Positions 55,905-64,000 of a stretch of DNA of 64,000 nt are shown here, piece by piece. The notes beneath the pieces were generated by a model. That model worked only from the letters and a program-made list of their open reading frames with translations. It was not told the origin of the DNA and made no database searches. The DNA lies in the NCBI GenBank assembly GCA_028534125.1, contig CM052816.1, positions 868,001 through 932,000 on the forward strand. Direction: 5' to 3'. The DNA is from Lama glama (lineage: Eukaryota). Positions within the stretch are counted from its first letter, which is position 1, and every line of letters starts with the position of its first letter. Both the position numbers and the translations under genes were made by a program.

Positions 55905-58890
55905 TAACATTAATTCAGAAATAAAAGGCAAGGCCTTTTCACTTTTTAAAGGAACGTAATAAAACTGAACTTTCTGTCCATGACTATGCACTCAGCACAA
56001 GATTTCGCATATAATTTCAGAATTCAGGTATCCCATGCGTTAGCAACCTTTGATGTTCTGTTGGTCAAGGCATTACTTGTTTGATCAGCAACTTCTTGAT
56101 TATGACATCAGTGATAAAGAAAGAGGAGAGATCATTGAGGAGGAGGCACTTGATGGAAAAGTCAAGGTTTGGGGGGTGGGAGGAGAGAGCAACTGTGGTG
56201 TCAGCTCCCAGGAGGAGACCACATCTGCTTGTTCACTCTGTTCTCAGCACCTAGAACAGTGCCTGGCACATAGTAGATTCTCAATGACCTGTTGAATGAA
56301 TGAAGGATGAGGGAGGACATTCCAGGCAGATGGGAAGGTGTGAATACCAGCACAGGCTCTGCTGGGGAGGCATGCAGGTGGACTTGGGCATATTGAGACG
56401 GAGATGAAGTCTGGGACTCAGCAGACAGGCCAGGGATGTCTGAGTTTGGCATTACAGTCTTTTGGACCACTGCTCATGTATAAGAGGCCAGGCTCTTAAA
56501 CATGAGTAAAGAATGTTCCAGTGGTGTGGGAGGCAGCTGCGAAGGGTCAGACCATTACGACTGTTTTGTCCAGATTGAAAGCAGCTGCCTCTGGTGCCTG
56601 AGTGGCCGGGGGCAACGATTCGAAGACCCTGAAGGGGGCAGGGATGCCCAAGGGAGCCAGAAGGGTTTGAAAGCAATGCACTCTGCTCCACAGCCCCTCC
56701 TAACAGGTTGGGGGAGTCAGAGACACTGGGCCTTCACTGAGTCCTAGATCTACCAATGCTCATTACTGCATTGATAACGGGACGGCTTTCTGTCTGCCTG
56801 GCTGCCCTCTGCAGTCAGGTGCCCTCGCTATTCCTTGCCATTGTCTCCCATCTGTGCCATTGTCTCTCCCCTCATCCTTCTCTCTCAGCATCCTTGTTCC
56901 CTTTGTTCATCATGTCTGTGTCCTCTGCCTTCTCTATCTTTCCTGGGGAAGCATCATTTCTGACCATCTAAAACCTTCCCTCTTCATTTTCCCACATTTT
57001 ATCATGTCTCTTTATCTTGTCTCCTTTTCCTCGACATCTTCCCATTTCTCCTTTTATCTCTCCCTTCCTCTCCTGGTCTATTGTTAATGCTTCTCCTCAC
57101 CCCTCATCCTTTGAATCCCTCACTCTCTTTCTCTCACTCTTTACTTGCGTCTGGGCTGTTGCTGTATGAGGCTTACGGTCACTGCCCGGGACGGGGCTGG
57201 CAGTTTGGTCCTGTGTGCTGTGACTAGGGTGTGTATGGCCAGGCAGCTTTGGCAACTAAGAGATCCCCTACAACACCCCCAAGGTGACTCTGAGAGTAGT
57301 ATCTGATTGCTGTTACTTTTTCTGTAAAAATATATTAATCTATGAATCTATGACTTTAAAAGATTTCCAAACTGTTAACTTCTTATATGTGTTTTTAAAA
57401 TGTTATGTTACAGAGCAAGCTTAGAGAAAAGATTTATCAGATACATCAGTTATCTGCTCCTGACGATCTTTATTTAAATTCAAATAATACACGAAGATGT
57501 TCTTACTGCTAAAAGCTCAAACATTACAGGTCAAGCTGGAGTCCCCCTTAACCACCACCCTCACCCACTTCTAACCCTCTTTCCAGAGGTAACCACTGCT
57601 GTACTCTGAGTCCTTCCGCACTTTATGTGTCCTTGTTTCTCATATTCTTGCCTCCTCACACTCAATATTACCAAACTTTGTACCAACTCCATGTGTAAGA
57701 AGTCGTATCTCTGTTTTAATTTGATTTTCTCTAGTTACTAGTGAGATAAAACAGTCTTTCTTAATGTTTGCTTGGATTTTTTCCTGACGATCACTACCCA
57801 TTTTGTTCATCCTTTTTAAAAAAATTGTTTTGTGGTGTTTTTACGCCACACATTTTGATTAGGAAAATAATATGAATCTCTTTCTAATATGTATTTTATA
57901 ATATATTATATTGTTTTATTTATTATTATATATAATAGGTAATTTACATACACACACACACACATAGAATTCGTTCATTTTTTATGCTATATTTAAAGCA
58001 CCCATTTTCTCTCTCAGGTCATAAACACATTCTCCCATATTTCTTCTAATAATATTATAAATTTCTTAATAGAGTTCTTTAAGCTTCCAGGAATTTATTT
58101 TTGTGTGCGGTATGATTAGGGACATAATTTTTTCAAAGCAGGTGACCAATTGTCCCAAGCCATTTATGGAACAGCCCTTCTTTTCTCACAGAATTTAAAT
58201 TGTATTATTTATGTCAGAATGTAAATTTTCACACATAAGGCTGATTCTGGAGTTACTTTGTTCTGTGGGTCAATTTTCTATTCCTTCCAGTAACAGACGG
58301 TTCATATTTTGATAACAGATGAGGCAGCTTCACGGTTTATTCTGGTCTGTTTGGACACTGTTTAACCCTTTCAAAACTGTTTGGCTCTTTGTTCAGAAAA
58401 TATTTATTAAGTACCTGTATGTTGGTTTCACTTTATCAATTCCCATGACTACTGTTATTGTTTATCATTTCAGCATTATATTTATGTGTTTATTTAAAGT
58501 GCATATTGTCTCACAAAGAGTAAAATTCAAGAGGCACAAAACCATATACCACAAAGACTCTTTTTTTTCCACCCTAGATTTCAGCCATCTGATTCTGTCT
58601 TCTGAGGCAGTGTTACAAATTTCTAATGTCTTATTCTAGAGATTTTATTTATCTCTATATGTATATGTTATCCATACATATATTTTTGTATGTGTGTGTA
58701 TATATATGCATTTATATATATATAATGTAATCGTATATAGTTACTTGATAAATGATATATCATATGAAATGAAATATAATTATATGCTATAACCTGTAAC
58801 ATGTAACTTATGAAGTAGTTTGTAATCTATAATTATGGCATGTAATTAAATAGTATACAATATAACATTTCTATGTACAATCACACTGTA

Positions 58891-58949
58891 TACACTGTAT
58901 GCAGTGTATTTGTAATACACTGTATGCAGTGTATTTGTAATACACTGTA
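58891..58949. repeat. 25-bp tandem repeat (about 2.4 copies)
   Basis: TACACTGTATGCAGTGTATTTGTAA twice, then TACACTGTA. Confidence 0.9.
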
Positions 58950-59102
58950 ATGTGCTCTTTTCACTGAACAATATTATTTGGGAGAATTCTATACCAGCAC
59001 ATAGAAAGCAACCTCATTCTGTTTCTTTTTTGCATATTACCCTATTGTTTATTCCCTTTTTCCTATACTGGTAGATACTTAGATTGCTTGCAAGCTTTTT
59101 CT

Positions 59103-59405
59103 TCTTTTTTATTGAAGTATAGTTGATTCACAGTGTTTAGTTTGTGGCGTACAGCACACTGATTTGGTTATACATGTATATTCTTTTCCATTATGGGTTA
59201 TCACAATGTATTGAACGTAGCTCCCTGTGCTATACATTAAGACCTCTTTATCTATCGTATATATAGTAGTTTTTATCTGCTAATCCCAAACTCCTGATTT
59301 ATCCCTCCCTCCCCACTTCCCCTTTGGTAACCGTAAGTTTGTTCTCTATCTCTATGAATCTCTTTCTGTTTTGTAAATAGGTTTATTTGTATCATTTTTT
59401 AAAGA
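59103..59405 (-). mobile_element. L1 3' end fragment
   Basis: TTTTATTGAAGTATAGTTGATT, CTCCCTGTGCTATACA, CCCTTTGGTAACCGTAAGTTTGTT. Confidence 0.75.
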
Positions 59406-60836
59406 TTCCTATGCTCACAGATGTCCTTTCCTCAGTTTTTTCTTCATCCTGATCAGTTTCTACTGTTTTTGGTGTCCCTTCCAATTTTATCTTGTAGATT
59501 CCACTTTCAGCAATCTCAACTTCATCTAACCTGTGCTATGTTTCTGCTCTTATCTCCTTGCTGTTTTTGGGTGACTTGTGAGAGAATTCTAACTGTACAC
59601 TGTCATTTTCAAACTGCAGTTGAGATCACATGGATTTTTATAGGTTACTATTGTGGAGAATTTACATGTTTACAGTGTTTAAGAACATGCATAGCTTTCT
59701 TCAGACATTCTTTTATCTCTTTCAGTTACGTTTTATAATTTGTGGCATTAGTATTCTTTTCTCGGTACTTTAGTTTTGTTGCAATTGCGAGTAAGATACA
59801 TTTATATTTTTCTACTATTTTTTCTAATTAGTGGTATTGTATGGGAAAGACACAGATTTTTGGAGGTTCATCTTATATATAGAATAATGTTACTTTAAAA
59901 TTAAATTGTATGTCCACCGAGATAACCCTGAACCTCACTACCCATTTGGAACCTCATGGTTAATATCTTGGCAAATTTTCTTCCAGTCTTTAGAAATACT
60001 TAAAAATACTCAGTTGATATAATTTTTTTTTTGCTCAGTATCTATTAAAAATGCCATAAATATCTCCTTGACAACATATTCTTTTATCGTTTGAGCATAC
60101 CATAATTTAGTTAGTTTTTCATTTGTGCTTTGCTTTTGGGTTGCCTCCAGTTTCTCATGTACTGTCTTCTTACAAAATATTTTAGCCTTTCGTGCTCGAA
60201 AAAAATTAATAAGCCTCCTGGTGTCTTTCCAGGCAGTTATGAGGACTGACTGCTAGAATGTGACAGTGCCCCTCACGCTGCCTGGCACTTGGCAGATGCT
60301 CCAGCAAAGTCAGCTGTCACCGTTTCTGTCCTACGAGGCATTGCTCACGCTGTCTCTTTCATCTTTACTTGTTATCTCAATTTAAGATGAGAAAACAGGT
60401 CCAGAAAGGTTCTGTAAGTGCCCATTCACACAGCTGGTAAGTGTCTTTGCTCCTTCAGTACTTTTTTTCCCTGAAAAACATATGCTTGAGCGAGGCCGGC
60501 CTAGGGCTTTGTAGAAGCAGCAACTAGGTGGGCTGGACTGCAGACCGATCCCAGCAGAGGCAGAAGCAGAAGCCGTGCCCGCTTTAGCAAAAGAGCTTAA
60601 CATCTGCTTCTCAACAAGGTGCAGAAAGTGTTAGAAGTTAAAACAGCAGCGATTAACGACAGCCTGCAGGTTTGTTTGGATTCTTTCTCTTAAGGGGCCC
60701 TGCCTTTATTCTGAACCAGGTATTTGAAGAGGGCAAAGCTTTTGGAAGAGTAATGGCCTCTGCATTATGGCACTAAACACAAACCTCCTGCTTCCAGAGC
60801 CCAGCCCTCTGCCTGGCGCAGCCCTCTGCAGGAGCG

Positions 60837-61787
60837 ATGGCCCTGGAGGGAAACCAGACTGTCATCTCCCACTTCATCCTCCTGGGCCTCTTCTCCCGCT
60901 CACCCCTGCACGTCCTCCTCTTCTCCATCATCGTGCTCATGTTCCTGGCGGCCCTCTCTGGCAACGGGCTCCTGGTCCTCCTCATCAGCATCGACCCCCG
61001 CCTGCACAGCCCCATGTACTTCTTCCTCCGCTGGCTGGCGCTCATGGACCTCATGCTCATCTCCACCATCGTGCCGCGGATGGCTGCTGACTTCCTCCTG
61101 GGCGGTGGCTCCATCTCCTTCACAGGCTGTGGCCTCCAGATCCTCTTCTTCCTCACCCTGCTGGGGGATGAGTGCTTCCTGCTGGCCTTCATGGCCTACG
61201 ATCGCTACGTGGCCATCAGCCACCCGCTGAGGTACTCAGTGGTCATGAGCCGCCGTGTCTGCTGGCTCATGGTGGCAGGGTCCTGGGTCTTTGGCCTGGT
61301 GGATGGATTGATCCAGGCTGTCTTTACACTGAAATTCCCTTACTGTGGCTCCCAAGAGATTGACCACTTCTTCTGTGAGGTCCCAGCAGTGCTCAAGCTG
61401 GCCTGTGCCGACACCTCCCTGTATGAGACTATGATCTACGTGTGCTGCGTCCTCATGCTGCTCCTGCCCTTCTCCGTCATCTCTGCCTCCTACCTGCGCA
61501 TCCTGGCGACCGTGCTCCACATGCGTTCTGCTGCCGGCCGGCAGAAGGCCTTTGCTACCTGCTCCGCCCACATGGCAGTGGTAACTCTCTTCTACGGGGC
61601 TGCCATGATCACCTACATGCGGCCCCAGGCCTACCATTCCTCCAGCCAGGACAAGGTGGTCTCTGCCTTCTACACTGTGATCACCCCTGTGCTCAACCCG
61701 ATCATCTACAGCCTGAGGAACAAGGAAGTCGCTGCTGCTCTCAGGAAACTCCTGGGGAGGTGCCAGTGTGGTAGGGGGTGGGGCTAA
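60837..61787 (+). CDS. olfactory receptor, family 2 (OR2T/OR2V-like), intact, 316 aa
   Basis: Intronless ORF with N-glycosylation site [49 protein letters not shown] acceptor at 60830-60831 just before the ATG; AATAAA at ~61883. Confidence 0.95.
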   Translation: MALEGNQTVISHFILLGLFSRSPLHVLLFSIIVLMFLAALSGNGLLVLLISIDPRLHSPMYFFLRWLALMDLMLISTIVPRMAADFLLGGGSISFTGCGLQILFFLTLLGDECFLLAFMAYDRYVAISHPLRYSVVMSRRVCWLMVAGSWVFGLVDGLIQAVFTLKFPYCGSQEIDHFFCEVPAVLKLACADTSLYETMIYVCCVLMLLLPFSVISASYLRILATVLHMRSAAGRQKAFATCSAHMAVVTLFYGAAMITYMRPQAYHSSSQDKVVSAFYTVITPVLNPIIYSLRNKEVAAALRKLLGRCQCGRGWG

Positions 61788-62014
61788 TTTGGAACTGACA
61801 CTGTATGTATGGGTTGAATTCCGTGGACTCTGGCTTAATCAACTGTGGTGTGATTGGAGAATATTGAATGTGCCCTACAAAAAATAAAAGCCGTTCTCTG
61901 ACAGGGTTAATCAGGTTTGTACATCAGTTCAATCTATCACGTTCATGATGAGTGTGGGCAATCTGGATGAAAGGTGGGACCAACACATTTATAAAAATAG
62001 AAGGCACAGATTCT

Positions 62015-62380
62015 CCATCCCACAGCTGCTGGGAGAGTTGGCAAGTGGCTTCCCATGGCTGAAGAGAGACACCTTGCCCTAGGCCTTTATCCTTAGGTGG
62101 GTGGGGGCTACCTGAATCCCATGAGGTGGTCAATGGAGGGTACAAAGGCCTGATCACCTTGCCTCTGTTTGACCCTGAAGGGTCATCCCAGCTCCAGAGT
62201 TCCCCATCTCCAGAGCATTCCATGGGATCATCTGAGGCACCAGAGGCAAATTCTCTCTGCATCCAATTTTACTTTCTTATCCACCTTCTCTTTTCACAGG
62301 TCTTGATACTGAGCAGAATCTCCATTAACCTTGTGCATGCAAAGCCTGTCTCACCTTGCTTCTGGGAAACCTGACCTGTG
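62015..62380 (+). mobile_element. LTR16-like (ERVL) fragment
   Basis: CTGAAGGGTCATCCCAGCTCCAGAG and 3' end TGCTTCTGGGAAACCTGACCTGTGA. Confidence 0.6.
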
Positions 62381-62998
62381 AGGGAGGGAAATAAATAATA
62401 GATTAATATCTGTAACAGTAAACAAAGTAAATTTTGCTATGTTTATTTTTAATTAATTCCATTTAAGCTCAAGTCATTCAAGAAAGAAACCTATTTGGGA
62501 ACTGTCTTCACCTCTCAAGCATTCCTGAGCTCACTCACTTCTCCTCACCCCCCTCCCACACATTTCAGCCACTATCAAGGGTGACTCTGACCACAAAATA
62601 AATTCCCACAAGCAGAATTCCTGGGACTAATTCCTCCCTTTTACTTAAATATTTATAAATACTTGTTGGTGAAAAATAAAACGTTCTTTCTAATGCACAA
62701 TCTCAATATTTTCTCTTAATAGTCATATTAACAGTTCATCTATTTTTCTCTTTCAACTATTTGAAAGTTCATAATAGTAATTTGTTGTATGTAAATGAAC
62801 AGATTCTATATTCATCTTTGCAGCAATTAAGATCTGCAATAATAAATTTATACTTAGGTTAACTGTGACATATGAAGAAGGCTTACTGTGTATTTTCTTC
62901 AGCTCATGACTACTGCCTTAGACACTTTGAGATAGAGGGGTAGCTAAAGAATAAAACAATAGATTCAAAGGAATGGATTATTGAATATAAAACATTTT

Positions 62999-63185
62999 TG
63001 TTACCAAACTGAACTTGAGTCTGCTTGCCTGCTGCACAGCAGAGCCAATTTATTGATATGAGGTTATGGTGAAGGAGAGTATAGTGTTTATTACAGGGCT
63101 AAGCAAGGAGAATGAATAGCTCATGCTCAAAAGACTCAACCTCTCCAATAGCTTTCAGGGAAGGGCTTTTAAAGACTGTGTGAGG
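62999..63185 (-). mobile_element. LTR fragment abutting an L1
   Basis: Starts TGTTACC like the 49577 LTR; minus-strand AATAAA motifs; ends where the L1 begins. Confidence 0.5.
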
Positions 63186-63187
63186 CC

Positions 63188-64000
63188 ATAGAAATTCAAG
63201 GGATCATAAGAGGCTACTATGAGCAACTATACACCAACAAAAAGGACAATATAGAAAAAATGGACAATTTTTTAGAAAGATACAATTTGCCAAGACTAAA
63301 CCATGAAGAAATAGAAAATACAAATAGACAAATTACATATTAACAAATTTAACAAATGTGAATTACAAATTAACAAATTGAAGAATAAAAATCATATGAT
63401 CATCTCAGTAGATGCAAAAAAAGCTTTTGATAAAATTCAACATCCATTTATGATTAAAAAAAACTCTCCAGAAATGGGCATAGATGGAACATACCTCAAC
63501 ATAATAAAGGCCATATATGACAAACCCGCAGGTGGCATCATACTCAATTGTGAAAAGCTGAAAGCATTTCTTCTAAGATCAGGAACAAGACAAGCATGTC
63601 CACTTTTGCCACTTTTATTAAACATAGTTTTGAAAGTTCTAGCCACAGCAATCAGAGAGGAAAAAGAAATAAAAGGAACCAAAATTGGAAAAGAAGAAGT
63701 TAAACTGTCACTGTTTGCAAATGACATAATACTATATATAGAAAATCCTAAAGATGCCACCAGAAAACTACTAGAGTTCATCAACAAATTCAGTAAAGGT
63801 TCACAATACAAAATTAATACACAAATCAGTTGCATTTCTAAACACTAACAATGAAATCACAGAAAAAGAAATTAAGGAAAGAACCCCATTTATCATTGCA
63901 TCAAAAAGAATAAAATACTAGGAATAAACCTAACTAAGGAGGTAAAGGGCCTATACTCTGAAAACAAGACACTGATGAAAGAAATTGAAGATGACACAAA
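63188..64000 (+). mobile_element. L1 ORF2 (reverse transcriptase) fragment, 5'-truncated, with internal deletion
   Basis: [50 protein letters not shown] (degenerate FADD); runs off the window end. Confidence 0.92.

Noticed and set aside
41200..57000. Immunity-related GTPase (IRG) genes, which neighbour Trim7 in mouse
   Set aside because: I found no G1 (GxxGxGKS), WDLPG or TKxD motifs by eye; a remnant in the gap or below my detection cannot be excluded

Overview
Mammalian genomic DNA. A tRNA-Ala-derived SINE resembling Vic-1 and the absence of Alu, B1 or Bov-tA elements suggest a camelid. The window matches the conserved RACK1-TRIM41-TRIM7-tRNA-olfactory receptor block (human 5q35.3). Protein-coding content: complete RACK1 (+, 8 exons, 317 aa) hosting SNORD95 and SNORD96A; complete TRIM41 (-, 6 exons, 630 aa) convergent with RACK1; TRIM7 (+), with 5 exons visible and two more probably lost in a 500-N gap; and an intact family-2 olfactory receptor. 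It also holds nine tRNA genes and many MER20, SINE, L1, L2/MIR and LTR relics. I found no convincing novel biological system. The most notable items not shown by the ORF track are a decayed EID1 copy (-, ~48.9-49.5 kb), a GC splice donor in the SNORD96A-hosting RACK1 intron, a stop-poor reading frame divergent from RACK1, a bistable hairpin in RACK1 intron 1 and an L1 deletion with templated filler. Gene and repeat names come from recalled sequences, not database searches.
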